64,000 bases of DNA from NCBI GenBank assembly GCA_036524155.1, contig DATDCV010000045.1:260-64259 (forward strand), in the 5' to 3' direction. This document shows positions 1-11,441 of this stretch, one piece after another. Both the position numbers and the translations under genes were made by a program. Position 1 is the stretch's first letter. Each line of letters begins with the position of its first letter. The notes under the pieces are model-generated. The model was not told the origin of the DNA. It searched no databases and saw nothing but the letters and a program-made list of their open reading frames with translations. Source of the stretch: Verrucomicrobiia bacterium. GTDB lineage: Bacteria > Verrucomicrobiota > Verrucomicrobiia > Limisphaerales > UBA8199.

Positions 1-2
1 TG

Positions 3-1085
3 AAAAACATATTGGTGATTTCGATGGCCGGGATCGGCGACACGATCCTGGCAACGCCGCTCATCCACGAGTTGCGCGCGAATTTCCCCCAGGCGCGCAT
101 CGATGCGCTGGTGCTGTGGGCTGGGTCGAAGGACATCCTCGAGGGAAACCCGCACCTGAATCATATCTATCAGCGAAACCTGCTCAAACAAACCAGGCTC
201 GAATCGCTGCGATTCTTGCTTTCGGTCAGAAAAAACCGCTACGACCTCTCCCTCAACACGCACCCGCAGAGCCGGCGTGCTTATCGCGTGATCGCCCGGA
301 TTATCGGCGCGCCGCTCCGTATCAGCCATGTTTACGATTCGTCCGGGGCCGCCGACCGGCTGCTGGTGAATCGGACGCTGGCGCAGGATTACACCAGGCA
401 CTCGGTCGATTTGAACCTGGATATCCTCCGCCGGCTCGACAAAAAACCGGTGCTGCCCGGACACCAACTGGAGCTCTATCTCTCCCCGCAGGACGAAAGC
501 TGGGCGGCATCTTTCTTAGTCTCGCATCAGCTTCAGGGCCGGCAAATCCTCGGCCTCCACGCCGGCTCGGGTGGCACAAAGAACCTGGCGCTCAAACGCT
601 GGCCGCTGGAACAGTACATCCGGTTGGTCGCAACAATGCGGCAAGCGCGGCCCGATCTGGCGGTGCTGCTCTTCGGAGGACCGGACGAAGAGAGCGAGAT
701 TCAAAAAGTGCTTTCCGCGAATCCGTCGCCGCTGGTGATTCGGGTGCCCAGCCGCAGCTTGCGGGAGGCGGGCGCGCTGATGAAACTCTGCAGCGTTTTC
801 CTGAGCGTCGATACCGCGTTGATGCACATCGCCGCGGCCGTGAAAACACCAAGGCAAATCGTGATCGAGGCCTTTACGCTCAATAAGACGAACGAGCCAT
901 TCGGAAACCCGTACACGCTGATTCCGAACCCGGCCATCGCGGGCAGAAATCTCGAGTACTACAAGTATGATGGGTTGGGAATAAAGGGCGCCACTGAGGA
1001 CTTGGTCCGCATGATGGGCGCGGTGACCGTCGACGCCGTCTCCAACGCGATCCAAAAGGCGCTCGGCTGCGCAGCCAGCCATTAG
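3..1085 (+). CDS. Glycosyltransferase family 9 (ADP-heptose:LPS heptosyltransferase-like); 5' end probably cut by window edge
   Basis: ORF 12..1085. Frame stays open back to nt 3 (KNILVISMAGIGDTILATP looks like a GT9 N-terminus just after Met). HAGSGG...KRWP and VDTALMHIAAA motifs. Confidence 0.8.
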   Translation, partial: KNILVISMAGIGDTILATPLIHELRANFPQARIDALVLWAGSKDILEGNPHLNHIYQRNLLKQTRLESLRFLLSVRKNRYDLSLNTHPQSRRAYRVIARIIGAPLRISHVYDSSGAADRLLVNRTLAQDYTRHSVDLNLDILRRLDKKPVLPGHQLELYLSPQDESWAASFLVSHQLQGRQILGLHAGSGGTKNLALKRWPLEQYIRLVATMRQARPDLAVLLFGGPDEESEIQKVLSANPSPLVIRVPSRSLREAGALMKLCSVFLSVDTALMHIAAAVKTPRQIVIEAFTLNKTNEPFGNPYTLIPNPAIAGRNLEYYKYDGLGIKGATEDLVRMMGAVTVDAVSNAIQKALGCAASH

Positions 1086-1087
1086 CG

Positions 1088-1198
1088 TAACCCCTCAGTC
1101 TTGAGTCGGAGCGCCGAGTTGCACTCGGCTTACGCGTGGCCGTCGGCGCGCTTAAGCCGATTAGAAATCGGCGCTCCGACCCAAGACTGAGGCGATAC
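1088..1198. mobile_element. MITE copy 1 (~111 bp, long terminal inverted repeats, two 5-bp-stem/7-nt-loop hairpins)
   Basis: taacccctcagtcttgagtcggagcgccga ... tcggcgctccgacccaagactgaggcgatac. Flanks ccattagc / ccgttagc match 7/8. The left flank contains the TAG stop of the GT9 gene. Confidence 0.8.
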
Positions 1199-1275
1199 CC
1201 GTTAGCCGTTTTTTCTTCGTTGACCCGGCGTTTTTCCCGGCTAAGATTTGCGTTCAATTTGGATTCTAAACTTGA

Positions 1276-2334
<1,059 letters not shown>

Positions 2335-2355
2335 TCGCAGTTCCTCCTAACCAAG

Positions 2356-2384
2356 GGGCGGTCCGCAACGGCCGCCCTTTTTTT
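2356..2384 (+). terminator. Rho-independent terminator after gap
   Basis: gggcgg ... ccgccc stem followed by a run of 7 T (2378-2384), 22 nt after the gap stop. Confidence 0.6.
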
Positions 2385-2428
2385 GTTTCCGCGTATTCCG
2401 CGTATTCCGCGGTTTCAGCCTTCAGAGC

Positions 2429-3043
2429 TTACTTTCCTGTCGCCAGCTTGTGCTCGAACTTCTCTACCTTCGGCCGGATCACCGCCCGGCAGTAAGGCTG
2501 GTTCGGGTTGCTGCGGTAGAAATCCTGGTGGTAACCTTCGGCCGGGTAGAACTTCTTCAGCGGCACAATCTGGGTGACAATCGGCGCGTTGAACCGTTTC
2601 TGGGCGTCGGCCTTCGATTTCTCGGCGGCAACCCGCTGCGCCTCGCTGCTGTAGAGGATGATCGACCGGTACTGAGTCCCCCTATCGTTGCCCTGGCGAT
2701 TGAGCGTCGTCGGATCATGCGCGTCCCAAAAAGTCTCGAGGATCTTCTCGTAAGAAACCCGCTGGGGGTCGTACGCGATTTGAATCACCTCGGCGTGGCC
2801 GGTTGTCCCCGTACAAACTTCCTTATAAGTCGGATTTTCGGTCGAGCCTCCGGCGTAGCCGCTGGTGACGGATTTGATGCCCGGCAGCATTTGATAAATC
2901 GCCTCGGTACACCAAAAACATCCGCCGCCGACCGTGGCGACCTCGGTTGCCTGGCTGGGATTGCTCATAGGCTTCGTCTGTGCTGCCGCCGCCACCATGC
3001 CGCCGACCAGCACAGCCAGGCATAGGCTCGTGATTCGCTTCAT
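2429..3043 (-). CDS. msrA: Peptide-methionine (S)-S-oxide reductase MsrA with N-terminal signal peptide
   Basis: GGGCFWCTEA active-site motif. ORF 2429..3244 trimmed to the ATG at 3043 (MKRITSLCLAVLVGGMVAAAAQ signal-like start). Confidence 0.9.
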   Translation of the reverse strand: MKRITSLCLAVLVGGMVAAAAQTKPMSNPSQATEVATVGGGCFWCTEAIYQMLPGIKSVTSGYAGGSTENPTYKEVCTGTTGHAEVIQIAYDPQRVSYEKILETFWDAHDPTTLNRQGNDRGTQYRSIILYSSEAQRVAAEKSKADAQKRFNAPIVTQIVPLKKFYPAEGYHQDFYRSNPNQPYCRAVIRPKVEKFEHKLATGK

Positions 3044-3327
3044 ACCTGGCTCAACTTCGCATACTATCCCCCAACCGCCAACAGGCTCTCGCCTGGCGCC
3101 GCTGCCGCCGGCACCAGCGCCAGGCCCACTCTCCAGTGCGTGGTGGCAAACAGCGGCCGACCCACCGCTCCCTGGGAATCTGTCATTCCCGGCCCCGTCA
3201 TGAGCTGAGCCTGCGCTCGGCTGAAAGCGCAGCAAGCCCAACATCGAATCCGGCTCCTAACGCAACCGGTGGAAGGCTGGCTGGGAAAGAAACTCCTCCG
3301 CTGGGAATCCCCGTCCGGATACCTGGC

Positions 3328-3762
3328 CTACTCCCGGCCCGGATAAATCACCTCATAGTGAAGAGCCTCGGCGGCCTTTCCCTGCATCGCGTCGAGGGTG
3401 ATGAGCCGCCTCAGTTTGAGTTCTTCCATTGCCGCCAGATGTAGCCGGTCGAGGGAGCGGCAGTAAACGGCCCGAGGATGGCGATGCTGCCGGAGAGCTG
3501 TCGAGAAGACCGCCGCGGGCAGGTGCCGAAAATGAAAGGGGTCGAGATTGCGCATCGCAGCAAGTCTAACCTGATATTGCCGCCGTTGGCTTGCCCGAAT
3601 ATCTCCCCCGACCGCCGCCGCTTTCAACTGCACTTCCGTTTCCAACTCAGTTAAAGATGACACGACCACCTCGGCTTCGGCATCCACGGCGATTCGCACA
3701 TCGGCGCTTTCCGGCTCCTCCCTGAGAAGCTTGAGCAGGCAACTCGTATCCAGATAAATCAT
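3328..3762 (-). CDS. vapC: PIN-domain type II toxin (VapC family)
   Basis: MIYLDTSCLLKL N-terminus with conserved Asp. 144 aa. ATGA overlap with the upstream antitoxin ORF. Confidence 0.85.
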   Translation of the reverse strand: MIYLDTSCLLKLLREEPESADVRIAVDAEAEVVVSSLTELETEVQLKAAAVGGDIRASQRRQYQVRLAAMRNLDPFHFRHLPAAVFSTALRQHRHPRAVYCRSLDRLHLAAMEELKLRRLITLDAMQGKAAEALHYEVIYPGRE

Positions 3763-4028
3763 TTGCTCCTGGTCGTGAGCGCACGCTCGGCGCGCGCGGC
3801 GGCCAGCGCCGCGTCGCTGCGCGAGAGTTTTCCGCCGGAAACCTTTCTCTGCCAGCGGGCATGTTCTTCAGGGTTCCAGCGGCGGCGGCTGGCGCCTTCT
3901 GCCGCTACCCGCACCAGTTTGGCTACCGGCTTCGAATCGCGCGTGACGATGATCTCATCCTCGATTTGCAGGGCCGCCTCCGCCTCGGGCCAGCGCTGGC
4001 GCAAATCCCGGATCGTGATCGTCTTCAT
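3759..4028 (-). CDS. Type II antitoxin (Phd/YefM- or VapB-like)
   Basis: 89 aa, MKTITIRDLRQRWPEAEAAL...IIVTRDSKPVAKLV. 4-nt overlap with the PIN toxin gene. Confidence 0.75.
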   Translation of the reverse strand: MKTITIRDLRQRWPEAEAALQIEDEIIVTRDSKPVAKLVRVAAEGASRRRWNPEEHARWQRKVSGGKLSRSDAALAAARAERALTTRSK

Positions 4029-4071
4029 GGATCAAAGCTAACATGTTTCACGCAAACCGGTCAAGGGCGAA

Positions 4072-4323
4072 TCAAGCCCGCAGGATCTGAAACACCCTGA
4101 CTTTGGATTCCGAGCTTTCTTCCTTCGGAAGATCTGATTCAGGTGTTCCATCGGCAGGCATTTGGGCCGTTTCCAGCATCCGGACCAGCGCCAGGGCCCG
4201 ATCGTTTTCCAACAACCGTTGCCAGGGGGTTCGTCGCAAGCTGTCCTCCAGCAGCGAAAGATCGATCTCCTCCGGCTGATTCCCAGGCGGGTTTGTGGGA
4301 TTGCGCTCAGGCCGCGTTTTCAC
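4072..4323 (-). CDS. Hypothetical small protein
   Basis: 83-aa ORF directly upstream of vapB on the same strand. No motif I can name with confidence. Confidence 0.3.
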   Translation of the reverse strand: MKTRPERNPTNPPGNQPEEIDLSLLEDSLRRTPWQRLLENDRALALVRMLETAQMPADGTPESDLPKEESSESKVRVFQILRA

Positions 4324-4454
4324 GTTGCTCCCTGAAACATAAGCGCCCTTCTAGCCTGTGTGAAGCAGGAAAAGCCCGGCCCCGGCGTGCTTCTCCAGCA
4401 CATCGCCGCCGCTGGTGAGCCAGTGGACGAAGTGGGGCAGCCGTGGCGAGTCCT

Positions 4455-5528
4455 TCAGAGATCCAGCCCCAGCTGGCGTACTGCTGGCTTCCGAAAACCT
4501 GCGATAGACAGCTCGGGGCCATCCTCCGCCAATCCCGCCTTGCGGCAAGCCACGTGGAACATCTGCGAAATCCGGTCGGCAGCCTTTCCTGTTCCCCTCA
4601 TGCGCGAACCGAACTTGGGATCGTTTAGTTCGCCGCCCCGTGCTGCCCGGATCGAGTTCAGGGCTTTCTCCTGCTTGAGCGGGAAATGCCGCCCAAGCCA
4701 ATCTTCGAACAAGGGAGCCACCGCATGCGGCAGTCGCAGCAATTCATACCCGGCGAAGCGCGCGCCGGCGTCCGCAGCCGCTTCGAGCAGGGACGGCATT
4801 TCATGGTCGGTCAGGCCGGGGATCGTAGGTCCCAGCAGGACGCCGACGGGGATGCCGCCTTGCGCCAGCGTTCGAATGGTCGAAAGCCGCGCCGCCGGAG
4901 GCGAGGTCCGCGGCTCCATCACCGCGCGAAGCTCCGTGTCCAGGGTAGTCAGCGAAATGAAGACCACGCACGCCTGCAGCACCCCCAGTCGCGTCAGCAA
5001 ATCCAGGTCCCGGGTCACCAACGAGTTCTTGGTGATGATCCCGACCGGGTTCTGGAACTCGACCAGCACCTCCAGGCAGCGCCGGGTCAGCTTCAGCCGA
5101 CGTTCGATGGGCTGGTAGCAATCGGTGACGCCGCTCATGCCGATGGGTGTCGGTTTCCATTTCGGGGAGGAGAGCTCGTTGCGCAGCAGTTCCGGGGCGT
5201 CTTCTTTGACCATGATCTTCGTCTCGAAATCCAGGCCGGAAGAGAACCCGAGGAACTCGTGAAACGGCCGCGCGTAGCAGTAAATGCAGCCGTGCTCGCA
5301 GCCGCGGTAGGGGTTGATGGTGTACTCGAACCCGACATCCGGGCTGTCGTTGCGCGTAATCACGGTAGCGGTCCGATCCCTGAAGAACTGTGTTCGCGGC
5401 AAGGGATCCTGCTCCGGGTCCCAATCTTCGTCCCGTTCGAGCGAGATGTGTTGAAACCGGTTGGGCGGGTTGCTGGCCGCGCCGCGCCGGGGTGGAAGAC
5501 TCGTGCCCACAGCACCCTGAATATACAC
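4455..5528 (-). CDS. Radical SAM protein (PA0069 / SplB-like family)
   Basis: CEHGCIYC (Cx3Cx2C) cluster motif. NPPNRFQHISLERDEDWDP N-terminus as I remember it for this family. Confidence 0.85.
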   Translation of the reverse strand: MYIQGAVGTSLPPRRGAASNPPNRFQHISLERDEDWDPEQDPLPRTQFFRDRTATVITRNDSPDVGFEYTINPYRGCEHGCIYCYARPFHEFLGFSSGLDFETKIMVKEDAPELLRNELSSPKWKPTPIGMSGVTDCYQPIERRLKLTRRCLEVLVEFQNPVGIITKNSLVTRDLDLLTRLGVLQACVVFISLTTLDTELRAVMEPRTSPPAARLSTIRTLAQGGIPVGVLLGPTIPGLTDHEMPSLLEAAADAGARFAGYELLRLPHAVAPLFEDWLGRHFPLKQEKALNSIRAARGGELNDPKFGSRMRGTGKAADRISQMFHVACRKAGLAEDGPELSIAGFRKPAVRQLGLDL

Positions 5529-5631
5529 GATCGCTGCCGACGCAGCTAAACCCTAAACGCCACCAGGTTTGGGGAGAGCTTCACTGCGTTCCGACGCACA
5601 CGTTACAGCCCGGAACCTTACACACAATAAG

Positions 5632-5676
5632 GGCCACCTCTCCCCTGTCCCCTCTCCCCCAAAAGGCGGAGAGGGG
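5632..5676 (-). repeat. GC-rich hairpin repeat ('GEG' repeat), inverted copy
   Basis: Reverse complement of cccctctccgcctttt gggggagaggggacaggggagaggtggcc. Four further copies lie at 51381, 53147, 56549 and 60185. Confidence 0.8.
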
Positions 5677-6022
5677 CGCCAGGCGCGGCGCTGACTCCCC
5701 CTGACTCTGCCTGCTCGTCGGTCCACTGATTGATGGAGGAGAGCGAGTGGCACGCGCGTCCCGTCTCCGTCTCCTCCTCGGGATGAGAGGGTCGGGGAAA
5801 GGAGGCGCTTTCTTTCACTTATCCTGCGGGGTTCGTGGGTGGGAGGCCGTCTTCATCGAAATTTCGCCGTCGCAGTATTCACGCGCCGGTTTGACGGTCT
5901 TGGCAAGCGGTGCGATGGTTGGGATAAGAAACCCCTCACCAGGAATGGCCGCGCGCGTTCGTGTGGCCGGACTCGCCCGGAGAGGGCAGACCCAATCAGT
6001 CCCGAGAACAGCGGAGGCACTT

Positions 6023-6445
6023 ATGAAGCTAAAGATTACCCGAGCAGAGGTTTGGGCCGCGACGATTGAGGATCGTCCGGGGGGGCTATCGGAAAAACTC
6101 AGCGCACTCGCCAAGGCCGGTGCGAACCTCGAATTCATTATCTCGCGGCGCAAACCCGACCGCCGGGGCGAGGGAGTGGCTTTTGTGACGCCGGTGAAGG
6201 GAGCCCAACAAGTCAAGGCGGCGAAAGCCTCCGGCTTCAGCAAAACGGATAGCCTTCACTCAGTCCGGGTGGAAGGGACCGACAAACCCGGCCTGGGGTC
6301 GGCGTTGTCGAAGGCTCTGGCCGAGGCGGGCCTGAATCTGCGCGGCCTTTCCGCGGCGGCATTTGGCCGGCGTTTCGTGGCTTACCTGGCCCTCGATACG
6401 GCGGGGGCCGCCGCTAAAGCGGTCAATGTCCTGAAGAAGCTGTAG
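6023..6445 (+). CDS. ACT-domain (amino-acid-binding) protein
   Basis: Two ACT-like halves (RPGGLSEKLSALAKAGANLEFI / KPGLGSALSKALAEAGLNLRGL). ORF 5747..6445 trimmed to ATG 6023, which is preceded by gcggagg. Confidence 0.75.
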   Translation: MKLKITRAEVWAATIEDRPGGLSEKLSALAKAGANLEFIISRRKPDRRGEGVAFVTPVKGAQQVKAAKASGFSKTDSLHSVRVEGTDKPGLGSALSKALAEAGLNLRGLSAAAFGRRFVAYLALDTAGAAAKAVNVLKKL

Positions 6446-7094
6446 GCCTGGTTTCCTGCGGCCAGCCGACCGCCTGGGCCATGATGATGTGCTGGTCGGG
6501 CCGGAGCTTCATCGCGGTCGTGAGCGGGCCGCGGTCCAGGTCGTGGACAACAGTCGCCAGTCCTTCGGAAGCGCAAAACAGGTACACGTTCTGGCAGATG
6601 CAACCGGCATCGAAATTGGCGTAAATGAGGCGAGTCTCCGCCCGGGCTTTGTCGAGGCGTGAGAGGTCGGCGACAAAGATCAGCGTGACCGGCGCGTTGG
6701 TGCCGAAGGCCTGGCCGCTGGTCCGGCGGCGGAGGTCGGTTGCGGCGACGGGTTTCAGAGCATGTGGCTTCGGCTCATACAGGTAGAGTCCATCGCCCCT
6801 CGCGACGTAAACATCGATTTCCTGGGAGTTCATCGCCGAGGGGGCGGTGCGATGGCCGTTCTCTGGCCGGTTGATGCCGAAGGCTGCCCAGAGGAGATCG
6901 CCGAGCACCGCATCGGGAATGGGATCGGTCTTGATTTCGCGGATCGTCTGCCGCTGGCGCAATGCTTCCATGACCGGCTTTCCGCCCGAACTCGCCGCGG
7001 GCGGCAGGACGATAGCCTCCAGTTCCGCGCCGGAAGCGGGAACGGTCCACAAGCTCAGCAACAGCAACGTATCAAACGCAATTCGCGGGATCAT
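6423..7094 (-). CDS. Nitroreductase-family protein with signal-like N-terminus
   Basis: Nitroreductase-fold sequence (LLWAAFGINRP...RTAPSAMNSQEIDVYV...DAGCICQNVYL). Trimmed to ATG 7094 (MIPRIAFDTLLLLSLWTVPASGA). Confidence 0.75.
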   Translation of the reverse strand: MIPRIAFDTLLLLSLWTVPASGAELEAIVLPPAASSGGKPVMEALRQRQTIREIKTDPIPDAVLGDLLWAAFGINRPENGHRTAPSAMNSQEIDVYVARGDGLYLYEPKPHALKPVAATDLRRRTSGQAFGTNAPVTLIFVADLSRLDKARAETRLIYANFDAGCICQNVYLFCASEGLATVVHDLDRGPLTTAMKLRPDQHIIMAQAVGWPQETRPTASSGH

Positions 7095-7182
7095 AGGCTT
7101 TGACCTGCGCCGTGGCCGGGTCCTGACGCAGGCCGGCCGGCGGGGCAGGCAGCGGAATCCTACCAGTCCCGGTCGAGGGAAG

Positions 7183-7656
7183 CTAGGCTGCTTCGAGCTC
7201 GGGTTTGGCGCATTCCAATCCCCAGTAATGGGTGATCGATTCGAAGAGATGTTCGACCCCCTGGAATTCAACCGGTTTCACCATGTAGGCATTGGCGCCC
7301 GCCTCGTAGGCGCGGTTGATGTCCGCGGGATCCTCGGACAAAGAGACGATCACGACGGGAATGCGGCGTAAGACTCGCGAGTCGCGCTTCACCCAGTCCA
7401 GGACTTCAAACCCTGATTTGCGGGGCATCTTGATATCCATCACGATCAGTCGCGGCAGCGGATATTGCTGGCGGTCCCCGTACTTGCCTTCGCCGCGCAG
7501 ATAACTGATGGCCTCTTGTCCGTCGGTCACCACGTGCAACGGGCTGTGGATCCGCGCAATCTTGAAGGCGCGCTTGACAAGGAAGATGTCGTTCAAATCA
7601 TCCTCCACCAGCAAAATCGGAAACCTTGTGTTGTCCATACCTGATACCCGGTTCAT
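7183..7656 (-). CDS. Stand-alone response-regulator receiver protein (CheY-like)
   Basis: ILLVEDD, phospho-acceptor MDIKMP, no output domain. Alternative start at ATG 7638. Confidence 0.9.
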   Translation of the reverse strand: MNRVSGMDNTRFPILLVEDDLNDIFLVKRAFKIARIHSPLHVVTDGQEAISYLRGEGKYGDRQQYPLPRLIVMDIKMPRKSGFEVLDWVKRDSRVLRRIPVVIVSLSEDPADINRAYEAGANAYMVKPVEFQGVEHLFESITHYWGLECAKPELEAA

Positions 7657-7826
7657 TCGAGCTAAACTTACCTGTCAGTCGGAAAAACGCCAGTGGCGGA
7701 ACGAGTCCGGGTACATGGGGTGAAGCACAGCAAAGGGAAGCTGGTAAGCCGAGTGCAACTCGGCGCTCCGGCCCCGGGCCTTCGGCCGCGGTTTACTTTG
7801 CCGGGTTAGGGTGGTACAAACCCCGG

Positions 7827-8651
7827 GTGGAAAACGAGTCGGCAATCTGGAGCGGCTTCAAGGCGAACCGGCGGCTGGCATTGATCGCCGGACCGTGCGT
7901 AATCGAAAGCGAAGCTCTCTGCCTCGAGATCGCCTCGGCGCTCAACCGGACCTGTGGCCGGCTGGGCGTGTTTTACGTCTTCAAAGCCAGTTTTGACAAA
8001 GCGAACCGTACGTCGGCCAGTTCTTTCCGGGGGCCGGGCCTCGAGGAGGGCCTGCGGGTGCTGGCGACGGTCCGTGCGAAGCTTCGGGTACCGGTGTTGA
8101 CGGATGTCCATACGGAAGCGCAGGTCCAAGCCGCCGCTCGCGTCGTGGACGTGCTCCAGATTCCGGCGTTCCTGTGCCGCCAGACTGATTTAATCACCGC
8201 CGCGGTTCGCACCGGAAAGATTGTAAATCTGAAAAAGGGGCAGTTTCTCTCGCCCGCGGAGATGGGACAGGTCCTGGAAAAGGCGCGTGCCGCCGGCGGC
8301 AAACGGGTGCTAGTAACCGAAAGGGGCACAACCTTCGGCTACAACAACCTCGTCAGCGATATGCGCTCGATCCCCATCTTGCGCGGGTTCGGGTTCCCGG
8401 TGATTTTCGACGCGACACATTCGGTGCAACTGCCAGGGGGTGGCGGCGACAAGTCGGCCGGCCAGAGGGAGTTTGCGCCGGTGCTGGCGCGGTGCGCGGT
8501 GGCCGCCGGAGCTAACGGCCTTTTTATCGAGACCCATCCCGACCCGGACCGGGCTTTGAGTGACGGCCCCAACATGATTCCTCTCGCGCAGATGCCGGCG
8601 GTCCTCAAAACCCTGGTGCGGTTGCACCGGGCCCTGGTTCCGGAAAGGTGA
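7827..8651 (+). CDS. kdsA: 3-deoxy-8-phosphooctulonate (KDO-8-P) synthase
   Basis: [12 protein letters not shown] motif and full-length KdsA similarity. ORF 7626..8651 trimmed to in-frame GTG 7827 (start uncertain). Confidence 0.9.
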   Translation: MENESAIWSGFKANRRLALIAGPCVIESEALCLEIASALNRTCGRLGVFYVFKASFDKANRTSASSFRGPGLEEGLRVLATVRAKLRVPVLTDVHTEAQVQAAARVVDVLQIPAFLCRQTDLITAAVRTGKIVNLKKGQFLSPAEMGQVLEKARAAGGKRVLVTERGTTFGYNNLVSDMRSIPILRGFGFPVIFDATHSVQLPGGGGDKSAGQREFAPVLARCAVAAGANGLFIETHPDPDRALSDGPNMIPLAQMPAVLKTLVRLHRALVPER

Positions 8652-8759
8652 ATCGGAACGCGTCGAGCCGCGTCTGTAGAAGCAAGAGCATAGCACGGTC
8701 TGCCCGGCCGCCAGTTCTGACGCACGATGGGCGGGGCGGACCACGTTGGCAACGCTGAG

Positions 8760-10625
8760 ATGAAAATCACCCGGCCATTCCGGATCAGCGCGCCGCCCCG
8801 GGAGTGGTTCCGGGGGCCGGCGCCGGTTCTGCTGTTGGCGTTATCGCTTCCGCTCACCGGCCACACCGCGCAGGGATTGGGCGGGATCCAAAAGGGCTTT
8901 AAAGCGGCCCAGTTTTTTGGCCCGCCGCGCGACACGCAGATGCAATCGCTGTTGCAGGCGGAGCGCGTGCAGCCGGTGTCAGAACGAGTTTTCCTGCTCA
9001 CGGGTTTGACGTTGCAAACGTTCCGGGAGACCGGAGACCCCGAACTGCTGATCAAGGCCCCGCAATGTCTTTACGACGCGGACGCCAAATCGGCGAGCTC
9101 TCCCGGCGCGCTGCGCGTGACGACTGCCGACGGGAAGTTTTCGATCGAAGGTGAAGGCTTTTTCCTGCGGCAGACCAATTCGAGCCTGGTGATCTCGAAC
9201 CGGGTTTTGACGCTGATCGACCCTGAGCTGTTGAATTCGCCTGAGGCAAAGGGCCGGGCTCAAACCCCAAAACCGGGAAGCCCGGGCATCGAAATCCGCG
9301 CCGACCGTTTCGAATACACGGGGCAAACGGGTGGCGGTCTGTATGAAAGGAACGTGCGCGTCGCCGGCACCAACGACGTGTCGCTGACGAGCGACCGGCT
9401 GGCCTTCCAACTGCCGTTCAAGGAGCGTCAACTTCAGGCTTTGCAGGCACAGGGAAACGTGGTGGCAGATCGTGGGGGCGTGCACGCGACGGGTCAATCT
9501 GCCGTATATAGCCCGGACACGGGGCTGATCCGCCTGACGGGCGACCCCGCATGGCGCAGCGAACTGCGGGAAGGACGGGGCGATCTGCTCATTATCGATC
9601 GCACGAACAGAGTTTTCCGGGCCGAAGGCAACGCCTGGGTCAGAATGCCGGCGCAAGGCCTGAGCCTTTCCGCGCTCCTGTCTTCATCCAACTCTGTCGC
9701 GGCCCCGGCCTCCAAGGCCACCAACCAATTTGTCGAAATCGCCTCCGGCTACCATGAATTTCGGACCAATCAGGCCGTGTTTGGCGAGCACGTGGCTCTC
9801 AGCGAGCGGATGGGAAACCAGCCGCGCGGCACGCTGACCTGCGGCCTGATGAATGTCACTTATACCGGCAGCAACCAACTCGATACTCTGGTGGCGCAGC
9901 AGGAGGTAGTCTTGCGCGAGGGCACGAACCGGCTCAGCGGCGGAAAGGCGGTGTTCACCGGCCGCGACGGCGTGTTGCAGCTAACGGAGTCTCCCGCCTG
10001 GAGCTCCGGCCAGCGTTCCGGCACGGGCGAACTCATTCGCGTGGACACACGGACCAATGAAATGCTGGTTCAGGGGAAGGCCCTGATGCGCCTGCCCGCC
10101 AGCGAACTGGCGCAGGCCGCCGACCCGCGCGCCGTCCCCGGCGCCGCGAGCCCGGCAGCGAATGCGGCTGTTCAATGGGCCGAGGTCCGGTCGGCGGAGT
10201 ACACGCTCAGCCCGCAGCAAGCGCAGTTTCGCGGCGGAGTGGAAGTGACGCACCCGAAGATGAATTGGTCCTCGGGCACGCTCACCGTGCAGTTGCCCGC
10301 GTCGGGGGGGCAGGTCGAGAGCATCGTCGCCGAGCGAAGTGTGGTGTTCGATTTGCTGGACGACAAAGGCCAGAAAGTGCGCGGCACCGGCGACCAGGTG
10401 GTTTACACTTACGAGGTGACCGGCACGACGACCAACGACCAGGTCGTGTTGATCGGCGCCCCAGCGGTGCTGGAAGGCAAGGATGGCACCACCCGGAACA
10501 AGACGATTGTCCTGGACCGCGCGAATCACAAGCTGATCACCCGGGGGGATTACCAGATCACCAGCCAGATCAAGGGCCTGGGCACGAACGCATTGGTATT
10601 GCCAAACAGCAAACTCAGGAAATAA
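8760..10625 (+). CDS. Large OstA/LptA-like periplasmic protein (several OstA_N-like repeats)
   Basis: Signal-like start MKITRPF...LLLALSLPLTGHTAQG. Repeated ...GNV...ADR...Y... strands. Sits between kdsA and lptB. Confidence 0.65.
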   Translation: MKITRPFRISAPPREWFRGPAPVLLLALSLPLTGHTAQGLGGIQKGFKAAQFFGPPRDTQMQSLLQAERVQPVSERVFLLTGLTLQTFRETGDPELLIKAPQCLYDADAKSASSPGALRVTTADGKFSIEGEGFFLRQTNSSLVISNRVLTLIDPELLNSPEAKGRAQTPKPGSPGIEIRADRFEYTGQTGGGLYERNVRVAGTNDVSLTSDRLAFQLPFKERQLQALQAQGNVVADRGGVHATGQSAVYSPDTGLIRLTGDPAWRSELREGRGDLLIIDRTNRVFRAEGNAWVRMPAQGLSLSALLSSSNSVAAPASKATNQFVEIASGYHEFRTNQAVFGEHVALSERMGNQPRGTLTCGLMNVTYTGSNQLDTLVAQQEVVLREGTNRLSGGKAVFTGRDGVLQLTESPAWSSGQRSGTGELIRVDTRTNEMLVQGKALMRLPASELAQAADPRAVPGAASPAANAAVQWAEVRSAEYTLSPQQAQFRGGVEVTHPKMNWSSGTLTVQLPASGGQVESIVAERSVVFDLLDDKGQKVRGTGDQVVYTYEVTGTTTNDQVVLIGAPAVLEGKDGTTRNKTIVLDRANHKLITRGDYQITSQIKGLGTNALVLPNSKLRK

Positions 10626-10633
10626 TCGACAGC

Positions 10634-11434
10634 GTGCCCGACAACGATGAGCAACCGAACTCTGTGATCAACGGGACCGCGCCGGCGGTCGGCGCGGCGA
10701 CGGCTCTGCAAGCACCGTTGCTGCTGACCGAGAACCTGGTGAAGGAATACCGGCAGCGGCGCGTCGTGAACGGAGTTTCGATCACTGTTGCTCCGGGCGA
10801 AATCGCTGGTTTGCTGGGGCCGAACGGGGCGGGCAAAACCACCACGTTCAATATGGTGGTCGGGGTGGTGAAACCGGATGCAGGCGCGGTCTATTTCCTG
10901 GGGCGCGACATGACCCGGCTGCCGATGCACCGGCGCGCCCGGCTGGGCATCGGTTACCTGACGCAGGAGCCGTCCATTTTCCGCAAGCTGACCGTCGAGC
11001 AAAACATCCTGGCCATCCTGGAAACGTGCCGCCTGAAGCGGTCGGAGCGGGCCATGCGCCTCAAGTACCTGCTCGAGGAACTCGACCTGGCGCGCCTGGC
11101 CGGGAACAAGGCCTACACCCTGAGCGGCGGTGAAAAACGCCGCCTCGAGATCACGCGCGCGCTCGTCACCAGCCCCCGGCTGCTGCTGCTGGACGAGCCC
11201 TTCAGCGGCATTGACCCCATCGCCGTTTACGAGGTCCAGAAAATTGTCCGGCGGCTCAAAGACCGGGGCCTGGGTATCCTCATCACCGATCACAATGTGC
11301 GCGAGACGCTGAAGCTGGTCGACCGGGCCTACCTGATCCACCACGGCGAGGTGGTCTACGAGGGGGCCGCCGAACAGCTCGTCGATGACCCGAAGGCGCG
11401 CGAGATCTACCTCGGGCCCGAGTTCAACCTCTGA
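10634..11434 (+). CDS. lptB: LPS export ABC transporter ATP-binding protein
   Basis: GPNGAGKTTTF Walker A, LSGGEKRR signature, LLLLDEP Walker B. Start uncertain (GTG 10634 or GTG 10664). Confidence 0.9.
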   Translation: MPDNDEQPNSVINGTAPAVGAATALQAPLLLTENLVKEYRQRRVVNGVSITVAPGEIAGLLGPNGAGKTTTFNMVVGVVKPDAGAVYFLGRDMTRLPMHRRARLGIGYLTQEPSIFRKLTVEQNILAILETCRLKRSERAMRLKYLLEELDLARLAGNKAYTLSGGEKRRLEITRALVTSPRLLLLDEPFSGIDPIAVYEVQKIVRRLKDRGLGILITDHNVRETLKLVDRAYLIHHGEVVYEGAAEQLVDDPKAREIYLGPEFNL

Positions 11435-11441
11435 ACAGGAG

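Noticed and set aside
2389-2415. Three tandem 9-mers (ccgcgtatt ccgcgtatt ccgcggttt) between the gap terminator and the msrA stop.
   Set aside because: Very short and found only once in the window. I can suggest no function beyond a replication-slippage remnant.
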